Assembly: GCA_041691295.1 (NCBI GenBank)
Contig: JBEPVA010000004.1
Location: forward strand, 1 to 50,152
DNA: 50,152 bases
Direction: 5' to 3'
Source of the DNA: Gemmatimonadota bacterium
GTDB lineage: Bacteria > Gemmatimonadota > Gemmatimonadetes > Gemmatimonadales > GWC2-71-9
In this document: piece after piece, positions 19,618-31,324 of the stretch
Layout: every line of letters begins with the position of its first letter
Numbering within the stretch: position 1 is the first letter of the stretch
The notes under the pieces: generated by a model
Told to the model about the DNA's origin: nothing
What the model saw: the letters and a program-made list of their open reading frames with translations, nothing else
Database searches by the model: none
Position numbers and translations under genes: made by a program

Positions 19618-21669
19618 GTGAGCCGCCTTCCCGCGGCCGATGAGCGCACCTTCCTCTCGCGGGAGCTTTCCGTATTTCTGGTGCAGTTCTCCATCGCGCT
19701 GCACAAGCACGCCACCTACCCGCCCGGACATCCCTCGCTGGCCAGCGCCCTCGAATCGGTGCTCGACCGCCTGGCAGACCTGTTGAAGGACCGTGAAATG
19801 CTGGCCATCGGCATCTCGCGGCAGCAGCTTCTGATTGAAGGTGTCGCCACTGACCCCGCCAATCCCGTCCTCCGCGAACTGGCCCAGCGACTGCACCGCC
19901 AGCAGCTCGGCGCTATCCGCCTGTTGATCGGGATCGAGCCGGATGAACTGGGTGCAGTGCTGACGATCCTCAGCGCGGAGTCGCTGACCGGCAGCACGCC
20001 GATGGGGCTCAGGTCCACCGAGGAGCTCAATCGCTTTCCGTACCTGAAGCTGGTGCCGATGGCCTTCGACCAACTGGCCATCGCCGATGAAAATGCGCCG
20101 CCGCCCGAGACCGAAGGCCGGGGCCAGGAATTGTGGCTTTCGCTGGCCGCGGCCGCCCTGATCGGGACCGGCGCCGCGGACGACAACATCGATCCGGCCG
20201 CGGTGGCCCGCGAAATCAACCGCCGGCCCGTGAACGCGACCTACGACCGGGCCATCGTCAGTTATCTCCTCGAGCTGGGCCGCGAACTCAAGGCCGCACC
20301 CGAGGGACCGTCAGCGGCGCAGCTGCGCCAGCGGGTCGCGGCGCTGCTCGGCGAACTCCGGCCCGAGGTGCTCAACCGGCTGCTGGAAACCGGCGCCGAT
20401 CTCAGCCAGCGGCGCCAGCTGCTGCTCGACACCGCCCCGGTGCTGCCGGTCCGCGCGGTGCTCGAACTGCTGCGTGCCGCCAATAGCGCCAATCAGCAGA
20501 CCATCTCCCATTCACTGCTCCGGATCCTCGGCAAGCTGGCCCAGAATGTCGAAGCCGACGGGCCGGTCAAGATCAGGGCCGAGAGCGCACTGCGTGATGT
20601 GGTGGTCCAGCTGGTCTCGGGCTGGACCCTGACCGACCCCAATCCCGGCGGCTACACCGCGGTGCTCGACCGGTTGTCGCGCGCGACCGAGGAGGCCACC
20701 GACCGGCCGGATGACGAAGACCCGGGTGAATCGCTCCGGGTGGTCCAGCTGTCGGTCGAAGTCGGCTTTGCCGGGGACTCGCTCTGGCACGCCATGGATC
20801 AGATGATCGAGCATCTGCAGACCAGCAATCTGATCGAGCTGCTCGACATGCCACCCGAGGGTACGTCGCCGGCACTGATTGAAGCCTGCTGGACTCACCT
20901 GGCCACACCGCACTGTGTCCGCCGGCTGCTGCTGCACGAACAGCAGGATCCACAGGGTATCGACCGGCTGCTCACCCGGATGGGAATGGCCGCCGCCGAG
21001 CCGATGCTCGAGGCGCTGGAGGTGGCCGACTCGCGGGCGGTGCGCCGCCGCCTGCTGACCCGGCTCTCGGCACTGGGCCCCGCCCTCGGGCCGCTGGTCA
21101 TTCCCCGGCTGGCCTCGGCGCCCTGGTTCGTGCAGCGCAACATGCTGGCGCTGCTCGGGACGCTGCCCGAGCTGCCGTCCGATTTCTCGACCCTGCCCTA
21201 TGCCGAGCATCCCGACGGCCGGGTCCGCCGCGAAGCGATCAAGATGATGATCCGCCACCCCACTCAGCGTGACGACGGCATCATCCGCTCATTGGGTGAC
21301 GATGACGACCAGATTCTCCGGATGGGCCTCTCGGCGGTGTCCGAAGCCTGCCCGCCCAGCGCCGTCGGCCGCCTGATGACGCTGCTCAATGACAAGGACC
21401 GCGACGCCGAGGTCCGGGCGCTCGGGATCCGGGCGCTGACCGGCCTCAAGACCGCGAGTGTGAGGTCCTGGCTGCTGCAGCACGCATTGACCAAGCCGGG
21501 CTGGTTCCGCCGGGCCCGCCTCTGTCCCCGGTCTCCCGAGCTGGTGGCCATCCTGGTAGTGCTGGCCTCGCGCTGGCGCGATGATCCGGCGGTGATTCCG
21601 GTGCTCAGGATGGCGGACGCCAGTGCCGATCCCGATGTGCGCGCCGCGGCGCGGGGGGCCACTCTCTGA
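19618..21669 (+). CDS. HEAT-repeat protein with an N-terminal YPPGHP domain
   Basis: ALHKHATYPPGHP; C-terminal PWFVQRNMLALL and HPDGRVRREAI repeats. Confidence 0.75.
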   Translation: MSRLPAADERTFLSRELSVFLVQFSIALHKHATYPPGHPSLASALESVLDRLADLLKDREMLAIGISRQQLLIEGVATDPANPVLRELAQRLHRQQLGAIRLLIGIEPDELGAVLTILSAESLTGSTPMGLRSTEELNRFPYLKLVPMAFDQLAIADENAPPPETEGRGQELWLSLAAAALIGTGAADDNIDPAAVAREINRRPVNATYDRAIVSYLLELGRELKAAPEGPSAAQLRQRVAALLGELRPEVLNRLLETGADLSQRRQLLLDTAPVLPVRAVLELLRAANSANQQTISHSLLRILGKLAQNVEADGPVKIRAESALRDVVVQLVSGWTLTDPNPGGYTAVLDRLSRATEEATDRPDDEDPGESLRVVQLSVEVGFAGDSLWHAMDQMIEHLQTSNLIELLDMPPEGTSPALIEACWTHLATPHCVRRLLLHEQQDPQGIDRLLTRMGMAAAEPMLEALEVADSRAVRRRLLTRLSALGPALGPLVIPRLASAPWFVQRNMLALLGTLPELPSDFSTLPYAEHPDGRVRREAIKMMIRHPTQRDDGIIRSLGDDDDQILRMGLSAVSEACPPSAVGRLMTLLNDKDRDAEVRALGIRALTGLKTASVRSWLLQHALTKPGWFRRARLCPRSPELVAILVVLASRWRDDPAVIPVLRMADASADPDVRAAARGATL

Positions 21670-22844
21670 TGAGCGATCCGTTCCGGTTTCTGACCGCGGT
21701 CGGGCAGGCTCTGGCCACCGCGACGCTCTACCGGCCGGGCCATCCGGCGCGGGAACGATCGGTCGACGCGGCCTATCAGGCGCTGACCCGCCTGCTTGAG
21801 GATGAGCCCAAGCCCCGGTTCAACTTTCTCGATGGCGACGTGGTCTACGGCCCCCAGGTCCTCCGGCAGCTCAAGGACTGGGAGTGGGGACTTCGGCTGT
21901 CGAAGGTCCAGATCCAGCGGGTGGAATTCGAGTCACCGGTTCCCCGCGATGAGTTCGGCGAATTCCTGCTCGATCTGTGCCAGCGCCTGGCCGGCCAGGC
22001 TTCCGACACCGCCGAACTCCGCCAGATGCGGGAGAGCAACATTCGTTACGGCCCGATCATCGTGAAGCAGGGCGAGGAAGCGGCGCTGCTGAGCGGTGGC
22101 GCAGCCATTGCCGGCATCAACTACACGCTGGACGAAGAAATCGAGACCATCAACTGGCTGCACCAACAGGTACAGACCACCGATTCGCTGCCGCTGCTCG
22201 AGGCCGAAACGGTGGTCCGGTCACTGGCCGTCGCCATGCACAGCCAGGGCCAGATGTTCATGCCGCTGCTGCAGCTCAAGGAATTCGACCAGTACACCAC
22301 GACTCACGCCAGCAACGTGGCCGTCCTGGCCATGGCCCTCGGCGAGCACCTCAGGCTCGGCAGCGGCCTGGTCCGCGCGCTCGGCACCGCCGGCCTGATG
22401 CACGATCTCGGCAAGGTCAAGATTCCCCACGACATCCTGGTCAAGCCGGGCGCCTTTACTGATGCGGAGCGCGCGATCATGCGGCGGCATCCGGTCGACG
22501 GTGCCAAGCTCCTGCTCGAGCGGGAAAAGGGGATGGAGCTGGCCGCCGTGGTGGCCTACGAACACCACATCATGCTCAACGGCGATGGCTACCCCTCCAT
22601 GCACTTCGGCCGCCAGTGCCACTACGCCAGCAAGCTGGTCCACGTCTGCGATGTCTACGATGCGCTGTGCACTAACCGGCCCTACCGGGAAGCCTGGTCC
22701 AGCGAAATCGCCTTGTCCTATGTCGAGGCAAAGGCCGGCGTCGAGTTCGACGCCGACATCGTAGTCGCGTTCTCTACCATGATGCGGGAACATTCCCACC
22801 AGCGAGTGGCCATGCCCGACCGCGACCCCAAGCCTGCCTTGTAA
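21669..22844 (+). CDS. HD-GYP domain phosphodiesterase-like protein
   Basis: YTTTHASNV, MHDLGK, HPVDG, EHH..LNGDGYP, CDVYDAL..NRPYR. Confidence 0.9.
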   Translation: MSDPFRFLTAVGQALATATLYRPGHPARERSVDAAYQALTRLLEDEPKPRFNFLDGDVVYGPQVLRQLKDWEWGLRLSKVQIQRVEFESPVPRDEFGEFLLDLCQRLAGQASDTAELRQMRESNIRYGPIIVKQGEEAALLSGGAAIAGINYTLDEEIETINWLHQQVQTTDSLPLLEAETVVRSLAVAMHSQGQMFMPLLQLKEFDQYTTTHASNVAVLAMALGEHLRLGSGLVRALGTAGLMHDLGKVKIPHDILVKPGAFTDAERAIMRRHPVDGAKLLLEREKGMELAAVVAYEHHIMLNGDGYPSMHFGRQCHYASKLVHVCDVYDALCTNRPYREAWSSEIALSYVEAKAGVEFDADIVVAFSTMMREHSHQRVAMPDRDPKPAL

Positions 22845-22877
22845 CCCACCCGCTCCGGGCTATCCTCCGGAGTGCCG

Positions 22878-25800
22878 ATGACCCTGACCGTGCCCCTCAA
22901 GCCCGCTCGGCTCCTGGCCCTGGCTGCTGCCTATGCGGTGGCCGCCAGGGTGAGCATCCTCTTTGCCATCCCGGCCGGAGGCATCCCGCCGCTCTGGCTG
23001 CCGGCCGGCCTCGGGCTGTTTCTGGTCAGCCGCTACGGCCGGGGGGTGTGGCCCGCAATCGCGAGTGGATCGGTCGTCGTCTGGCTCCTGGCGGCCCGTC
23101 CTCACCATCCCGCGATTGTGATCATCGGCCTGGTGCTGGCCGATGTCCTCGAGCCGCTGGCCGGCACCGCGATTCTCTCCAGGCTCGGTTTCCGTCCCAC
23201 CCTCGACCGGATCCGAGATGTCTGGGCCATCGCCGGCGCGGCCCTCGTCCTGGCCCTGCTCACCGCCTCACTCGGCCTGCTGGCTCTCTATCTCGGCCAC
23301 GAAGTGGGCGACGGCCTGCCCAGCGTGTTCGAAACGTGGTGGACCTGGTTTGCCGCGCGGCTACTGGGCACCATGGTCATCGCACCGCTCTGTTTTGTCT
23401 GGAGCCGTCCCTCGCCGGCTCCCACCCCGCTGGCTTCCCGGCCCCTCGAGGCGGTGGCCCTCGGCTTCGCGACGCTGATCCTGGCCCTGCTCGCGGCCTG
23501 GTTGCTGCCCGGCCAGCTCCGGCTTGCCATGCCGGCACTGCTGATCGTCTGCGTGGCGTGGGCCGCCATCCGCGGCCACCAGCGCGGCGCCACCCTGATC
23601 ACCCTCGTGGTGGCGACGCTCTCGCTACTCGCGGTACGGTTCGGTCCCGCCCCCGATCTCGGATTGTATGCCGCGCTGGGTCCGCTGATCGCCCGGTTCG
23701 CGGTGTCGCTGGCACTGTTCGCGACCGCGGGCCTGGTGCTGGCCGCGACGGTACTCGAACGTGAAGCGGCGGTCGGCCAGCAACGCCTGATGGGGGAGGT
23801 CCAGGGCGCGCTGTTCGACCAGGCGCCGTTTGCGCTGATCGCGCTCGATGGCCAGGAACGGATCACCGCCTGGAACCCGGCGGCCGAACGGATCTTCGGC
23901 TGGCGCTCCGATGAAGTGCTGGGAAGACCCTCGCCGACGGTGCAACGGGAAGCCCAGCCCGAGGCCCGCGAGTTCATGCGCCTGATGCACCAGGGCAAAC
24001 CGGTGCTGGGCACCCTGGTGCAGCGCCAGCGCAAGGATGGCCGCATCCTGGACGTGCGGGTCAGCATGACCCCGGTGCAGAACGCCGCCGGCGGGCTGAC
24101 CCGGGTGCTGGCCATTGTCGAGGACATGACGGCGCGCCACGAAGCGGCCGAGGCGCTGCGCGAAGAGGAAGAGCGCTACCGGCTGGTGTTCGAGGGAGTA
24201 TCGGACGCGATCGTGCTGTCCGATGCCGAAACTGGCCGGATACTCGATGCCAACCAGGCGGCCGAGCAGCGCTACGGATACTCGCGAGGCGAGCTGATCA
24301 CCCTCAGCACCGCGGACCTGAGTGACGATCCGGCCGGGGCGGAGCTCGAACTCGGCGAGACCCGCCGGAGCGGCAGCTACCAGGTGCCGCTGCGCTGGCA
24401 CCGGTCGCGGGACGGGCGGCGCTTTCCGGTGACCATCTCGATCCAGCGTTTGAACTGGCGCGGGCACATGACCGCGGTGTCGGTGATCCGCGATATCACC
24501 GAGCAGCTCAACGAAGCCGAGCAGGCCAGCCGCCGCGAGGAATACCTCGAGGCCATGCTGGCCCAGGCTTCCGACTTCGTGACCATCATGGATCACTCCG
24601 GCGTGATCCAGTACCAGAGTCCATCGGTGACCCGGATGCTGGGCTGGGGCCAGTCCGAGCTGGTTGGCCATCCGGTGACCGAGTTCATCCACGAGGACGA
24701 CCGGCCCGAGCTGCGCGAGGCGCTGCGCCGGGGGCTGGCCCACCCCGGCGCCATCGTGACCTCGGTGGTCCGGGTCCGCCGCAGCGATGGCAGCTGGCGG
24801 GTGCTCGAAGGGGTGGGCCGGTTCCTGCCCGATGCGCCCGGCATCCGCGGCTTTCTGCTCAACTCCCGCGACATCACCGAGCGCCAGGAGGCTGAAGCGC
24901 TGGGACATCGCAGCCGCGAACGATTCGAGATCGTGGCCAACGCCACCAACGACGTGGTCTGGGAACTCGATCTCGACGGGCCCAACTCGTGGTGGAGTGA
25001 GGGGCTGACCCGGGTATTCGGCTGGCGGCAGGACGAATTGCTGCCGATGGTCGAGGCGTGGTCGGCCCGCATTCATCCGGAGGACAAGGACCGGGTGCTG
25101 GCCTCATTTCATGCGGCCATCGATGGCCATGCCACCGAATGGAGTTCGGAGTACCGGTTTCGCCGGGCCACCGGAGGCTACGCCACTGTCATCGACCAGG
25201 CCTGGTCCATCGTGCGGGCGCCGGATGGCCGGGTACTGCGGATCGTCGGCGGAATCAGTGACGTCACCGAGCAGCGCGAAGCCGAACGGCTGCTGGCCGA
25301 GAGCCGCGACCAGTTGCGCCAGGCCACCAAGATGGAGGCGATGGGCCGGCTGGCCGGCGGGATCTCGCATGACTTCAACAACATCCTGACCTCGCTGCTC
25401 GGCCACGCCGAGCTGGCCCTCACCCAGCTCTCGCCGGGACATCCGCTGGAAGAAGATCTCAAGGAGATCCGGGCCGCCGGACGGCGGGCCGCGGGGCTGA
25501 CCCGCCAGCTGCTGGCCTTCAGCCGCAAGCAGGTGTTGGAGCCGAGAATCGTCGACATCAATGAAATCGTGAGCGGCGTCCACAAGATGCTGGCCCGGGT
25601 CATCGGGGAAGATGTCGAGCTGGTACTCCACCTGATGCCGGACCTGGCCAAGACAGTGGCCGATCCGGGCCAGCTCGAGCAGGTGCTGGTCAACCTCGCC
25701 ATCAACGCCCGTGACGCGATGCCGGACGGGGGGCGGCTCACCATCGAAACCGCCAACGCCCCGGCGGGTGCGCTGCCCGACAAGCCGGGACGCGCAGTCC

Positions 25801-26432
25801 AGCTGTCCGTCACCGATACCGGTTCCGGCATGGACCCCGAAACCCAGGCCCGGATCTTCGAGCCGTTCTTTACCACCAAGGAACTCGGGAAGGGCACCGG
25901 CCTCGGCCTGGCAATGGCGTACGGCACCGTACAGCAGAGCGGCGGGCAGATCGAGGTCGAGAGTGAACTCGGCCGCGGCACGACATTCCAGATCCTGCTG
26001 CCCGAAGTGATTCCCCCTCCGGCATCGTCACCGGAAGGGCCGGGCGGCCCGCCGCCGGGTGGTGGCACCGAAACAATTCTGCTGATCGAGGACGAAGATC
26101 CGGTCCGCGGCATGATGCAGCGGCACCTGACTCAGCTCGGGTACCGGTTGCTGGTGGCGGCCGGTGGGGAAGGGGCGCTGGCGGCGGCCCGCGACAATCC
26201 CGATCCGATCGACCTGGTGATTGCCGATGTGGTGATGCCGGGAATGAGCGGACCGAAAGTCGTGGCCGAGCTGGCAAGGGAGCGGCCCGGTATCCGGGTG
26301 CTCTACATCTCGGGTTATATCGGAACCGAGGCGGTGCAGGAGGAGGTCCAGAAACTCGGCCGGCGCTTCCTGGCCAAGCCGTTCACGCCCGACGAACTGG
26401 CCCGCCGGGTGCGGGACGCCCTGGAGGATTGA
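22878..26432 (+). CDS. MASE1-like membrane domain, four PAS domains, hybrid histidine kinase and receiver
   Basis: LWLPAG and TM helices; PAS repeats; GISHDFNN, NARDAM, DTGSGM, FFTTK..GKGTGLGL; receiver DVVMPGMSG, KPF. Confidence 0.93.
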   Translation: MTLTVPLKPARLLALAAAYAVAARVSILFAIPAGGIPPLWLPAGLGLFLVSRYGRGVWPAIASGSVVVWLLAARPHHPAIVIIGLVLADVLEPLAGTAILSRLGFRPTLDRIRDVWAIAGAALVLALLTASLGLLALYLGHEVGDGLPSVFETWWTWFAARLLGTMVIAPLCFVWSRPSPAPTPLASRPLEAVALGFATLILALLAAWLLPGQLRLAMPALLIVCVAWAAIRGHQRGATLITLVVATLSLLAVRFGPAPDLGLYAALGPLIARFAVSLALFATAGLVLAATVLEREAAVGQQRLMGEVQGALFDQAPFALIALDGQERITAWNPAAERIFGWRSDEVLGRPSPTVQREAQPEAREFMRLMHQGKPVLGTLVQRQRKDGRILDVRVSMTPVQNAAGGLTRVLAIVEDMTARHEAAEALREEEERYRLVFEGVSDAIVLSDAETGRILDANQAAEQRYGYSRGELITLSTADLSDDPAGAELELGETRRSGSYQVPLRWHRSRDGRRFPVTISIQRLNWRGHMTAVSVIRDITEQLNEAEQASRREEYLEAMLAQASDFVTIMDHSGVIQYQSPSVTRMLGWGQSELVGHPVTEFIHEDDRPELREALRRGLAHPGAIVTSVVRVRRSDGSWRVLEGVGRFLPDAPGIRGFLLNSRDITERQEAEALGHRSRERFEIVANATNDVVWELDLDGPNSWWSEGLTRVFGWRQDELLPMVEAWSARIHPEDKDRVLASFHAAIDGHATEWSSEYRFRRATGGYATVIDQAWSIVRAPDGRVLRIVGGISDVTEQREAERLLAESRDQLRQATKMEAMGRLAGGISHDFNNILTSLLGHAELALTQLSPGHPLEEDLKEIRAAGRRAAGLTRQLLAFSRKQVLEPRIVDINEIVSGVHKMLARVIGEDVELVLHLMPDLAKTVADPGQLEQVLVNLAINARDAMPDGGRLTIETANAPAGALPDKPGRAVQLSVTDTGSGMDPETQARIFEPFFTTKELGKGTGLGLAMAYGTVQQSGGQIEVESELGRGTTFQILLPEVIPPPASSPEGPGGPPPGGGTETILLIEDEDPVRGMMQRHLTQLGYRLLVAAGGEGALAAARDNPDPIDLVIADVVMPGMSGPKVVAELARERPGIRVLYISGYIGTEAVQEEVQKLGRRFLAKPFTPDELARRVRDALED

Positions 26433-26436
26433 GCGC

Positions 26437-27336
26437 TCAGCGTCCCGGCGAGGCGGGCCGTGGCACCACCTCGAGAAAGGGGCGATGCCCCGATTCCCGG
26501 CGGACCAGGAAAATGTCGCCATTGCCGACCGTGATATACCCGCGTCCTTCCGCACTCCCCGCAGACTGGAACTGCTGCAGCCCGTCCATCGAGAACAGAT
26601 CCATCACCATCCGGTAACTGTGCAATCCCGCCGAGAGGATGGTGACGTCGAGGGTCTGGGGCAGCCGCATGTTGGACAGCCTGCCCGCCGGTTTGCCGTC
26701 GAACCAGAGCCGGGTTTCCTGGCCGATCTCGTTCTCCGCCAGCGGCGGGGTGCGGACCTCGACCCGGACCATCCGGGGCTCGCCGCTCACTGGCCCGGTC
26801 TCGACGCCGGTCTCGCCATCGCGCTGTATCAGTCCGATCCCTTCTTCCGGCGGCAGGCACGCCAGCAGCCGCTCGGCGCGCTGCGCGCCGGTCGGATGCA
26901 CCGCATCGAACCGGAAAGGACCGAGCCGGGTGAAGAACCGGATGGCCGCCTCGATGGCCGTGCGGCGGTCACGGCCGATATGGCTGGCGGCCCAGCAATC
27001 GGCCTCGAGTTCCTGGGCCCGCAACCCGGCGTCTCGAGCATCATCAGTGGAGTCGGCCATACCCTCGCGGGTGTGGTGCAGCGCAATGTGCCCGTACTCG
27101 TGGGCCAGGAAAAAATTGGAGAGTTCGGGGCCGTAACGCTGGAAGCGGGCGGGATTGTAATAGATGACGGGGTCGACCCGGTCTACCTGGGCCAGCGCCA
27201 CGTCGGGCAGATCGTCATCGGCGATTTCCGGAATGCCGGGGATCAGGTGCAGCCCCTGGGCCCGGACCGCGCCGGCTGCGGTACTCAGCAGCAATGCAGT
27301 CAGCGCAACCTGTCGGATCATGAGGCGCGGGGGCAT
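26437..27336 (-). CDS. Exported HExxH zinc metallopeptidase (M48-like) with an extra C-terminal beta domain
   Basis: Signal peptide; FFLAHEYGH, ELEADCWA, HPTGAQRA. Confidence 0.75.
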   Translation of the reverse strand: MPPRLMIRQVALTALLLSTAAGAVRAQGLHLIPGIPEIADDDLPDVALAQVDRVDPVIYYNPARFQRYGPELSNFFLAHEYGHIALHHTREGMADSTDDARDAGLRAQELEADCWAASHIGRDRRTAIEAAIRFFTRLGPFRFDAVHPTGAQRAERLLACLPPEEGIGLIQRDGETGVETGPVSGEPRMVRVEVRTPPLAENEIGQETRLWFDGKPAGRLSNMRLPQTLDVTILSAGLHSYRMVMDLFSMDGLQQFQSAGSAEGRGYITVGNGDIFLVRRESGHRPFLEVVPRPASPGR

Positions 27337-27381
27337 GAGGCAATGTGGGTACGACGATTCAGCGGGGCAACTCGGCGTTGT

Positions 27382-27894
27382 TCAATGTTGAGCGGTGCTT
27401 GCGCTGTCGGGCAGGCAGGAGAGAATCTTGGCGGCACGCTGGCTGCCCGAAGGATGCTCGAAGTCGTAGCGGACCGGACCCATGGCGGCGAAGAACCGGG
27501 AGGCCGCCAGCGCCGCCCGGCGATCGGTGCGGCCCAGTGATTGGCTGGCCCAGCAGTCGGCCTCGAGTTCCCGGGCCATGATCGCGGCGCGCTGCCCGGC
27601 GGCGGTGCCGTTCATGGCGTAGGCCCGGGTGTGGTGCAATTCGATGTGGCCATGTTCATGAGCCATGAAGAATTCCTGCATGGCGGGCTCGAACTGGCGG
27701 AGCCGGATCCGGTTGACGTAGATCACCGGATGCTGGGCGTCGTAGACCGCGACGGCCACATCGTGCAGTGTGTCGCTGTTCACAATGCTGAGAACCGGCC
27801 GGCCCTCCGGTGCAGCCCGCGGGCCGACATCCACGCGGCTCGACGGCGCGAGCGCGAGAATTCCGGTCAACAGGGTGCTGGCGAGCCTGGTCAT
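27382..27894 (-). CDS. Minimal exported HExxH metallopeptidase (M48-like), paralog of the downstream gene
   Basis: FFMAHEHGH, ELEADCWA, HPSGSQRA; 170 aa. Confidence 0.75.
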   Translation of the reverse strand: MTRLASTLLTGILALAPSSRVDVGPRAAPEGRPVLSIVNSDTLHDVAVAVYDAQHPVIYVNRIRLRQFEPAMQEFFMAHEHGHIELHHTRAYAMNGTAAGQRAAIMARELEADCWASQSLGRTDRRAALAASRFFAAMGPVRYDFEHPSGSQRAAKILSCLPDSASTAQH

Positions 27895-27930
27895 GGTGCC
27901 TTCGTCCCCCTCCAGTTGGTGTTCGGGGCC

Positions 27931-27971
27931 GACAACAAGAACGCCCCCGCATTCCTTCGATTGCGGGGGCG
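27931..27971 (-). terminator. Terminator-like hairpin in the 5' leader of the peptidase pair
   Basis: 10-bp stem cgcccccgca/tgcgggggcg followed on the minus strand by ttcttgttgt. Confidence 0.5.
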
Positions 27972-28274
27972 CTGCTCGGGCGCTGTAGCGCCATTGCGAC
28001 TACCCTCGCGTCATTCCGGGCCGTACTCGACCCCCCGGCTCATGTGCCGATTTCGACAGTTCCCAGCTTCAATTCGATACTGCCGTGGGTCGAAAATCAG
28101 AACCAACTCCGTGGTGTAGTGGCCCGCTGGTATGCCCAGAAGCAAGCGCCGTGCCGAGTGCTTGGTCGCTGAGTGCCTCACGCTTCAGCACCAGAACGCC
28201 CTGATCCGAGACCTGGTGCCGAGTTCGAGCGGGGCGGGATTGACCCCGGGGGGGCAGGGGGTTCGATTCCGCCG

Positions 28275-30189
<1,915 letters not shown>

Positions 30190-30220
30190 GGCTGACGTTA
30201 CCGAACCCCGGAGAGAACCT

Positions 30221-31228
30221 GTGAGACAGCTGATTGCAGCAACCCGGACCACCGCGTCCGTCCTGTCGGCCCTGTCACTGCTGGCGGTGCTGTCCGCCTG
30301 CGGCACCAAGGCCGCCAATTCCGCCAAGGCTGATTCCGCCGCCGCCAATACTGCCGGGGCCAGTGGTACGGCCGGCACCGGCGCCATGGTGGCGGCGCCG
30401 TTCGTTCCTACCCGCCTGACCACGACGGCCGGGTTCTCGACCCCGGAATCGGTGCTGTGGGATGCCCAGCAGAATGTCTGGTTCGTCAGCAACATCAACG
30501 GCGCTGCCACCGCCAAGGACGGCAACGGCTTCATCAGCCGGCTCAACGCCAACGGCTCGATCGACAGCCTGCACTGGGCCGAGGCGGGCAAGGGCGGGGT
30601 GGTGCTCAATGCACCCAAGGGGCTCACCATCGTGGGCGACACCTTGTGGGTGGCCGACATCGATGCGGTGCGCGCCTTTGACCGCCATACCGGCAAGCCG
30701 CTCGGCAGTGTCGAGCTGGGGCGCAGGGCGCATTTCCTCAATGATATCGTCGCCGGCAGCGACGGCACGCTCTACATCACCGATACCGGGGTCGAGTTCG
30801 ATGCCAAGGGAAAGGTGTCCCATCCCGGGCCGGACCAGATCTTCGCAGTGAAGAACCGCAAGGTGAGCGTGGCCGCGAGCGGGGCCTGGCTTGAAGGACC
30901 CAACGGGATCGCCTGGGACGCCGCCGCCAGTCATTTCGTCGTGGTCGCATTCACCGGTACTCATATCTTCGGCTGGAATCCCGGCAGTCCAAAGGTGGAC
31001 ACCCTGGCCAGCGGTCCCGGCCAGATGGACGGGGTCGAGCCGTGGGCCGGTGGCGTTCTCGTCACCAGCTGGACTGACTCCACCGTCTTCATGGTCAAGG
31101 ACGGCAAGACCAGCCCCATGATTAAGGGTGTTCCCTCGCCGGCGGACATCGGCCTCGACCAGGCTCGCGGGCTTCTCGCGGTGCCGATCTTCACCGAGAA
31201 CCGGGTCGAGTTCTGGAGCCTCAAGTAG
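30221..31228 (+). CDS. SMP-30/gluconolactonase-like beta-propeller lipoprotein
   Basis: Lipobox LSAC; GFSTPESV, DGNGFISRL, LNAPKG, FLNDI, PNGI, PADIG; GTG start after GGAG. Confidence 0.8.
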   Translation: MRQLIAATRTTASVLSALSLLAVLSACGTKAANSAKADSAAANTAGASGTAGTGAMVAAPFVPTRLTTTAGFSTPESVLWDAQQNVWFVSNINGAATAKDGNGFISRLNANGSIDSLHWAEAGKGGVVLNAPKGLTIVGDTLWVADIDAVRAFDRHTGKPLGSVELGRRAHFLNDIVAGSDGTLYITDTGVEFDAKGKVSHPGPDQIFAVKNRKVSVAASGAWLEGPNGIAWDAAASHFVVVAFTGTHIFGWNPGSPKVDTLASGPGQMDGVEPWAGGVLVTSWTDSTVFMVKDGKTSPMIKGVPSPADIGLDQARGLLAVPIFTENRVEFWSLK

Positions 31229-31241
31229 GGTGCGGCTGAAG

Positions 31242-31292
31242 CGGGAAGGGAGGGGGGGACCATTGTTCCCCTCCTCCCTCCTCCTTTCTCCG
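31242..31292. repeat. Purine/pyrimidine inverted short-repeat hairpin
   Basis: cgggaagggaggggggga ... tccccctcctccctcctcctttctccg. Confidence 0.45.
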
Positions 31293-31324
31293 CTTGACGT
31301 CACTCCACTTAATTCACCCACCTG

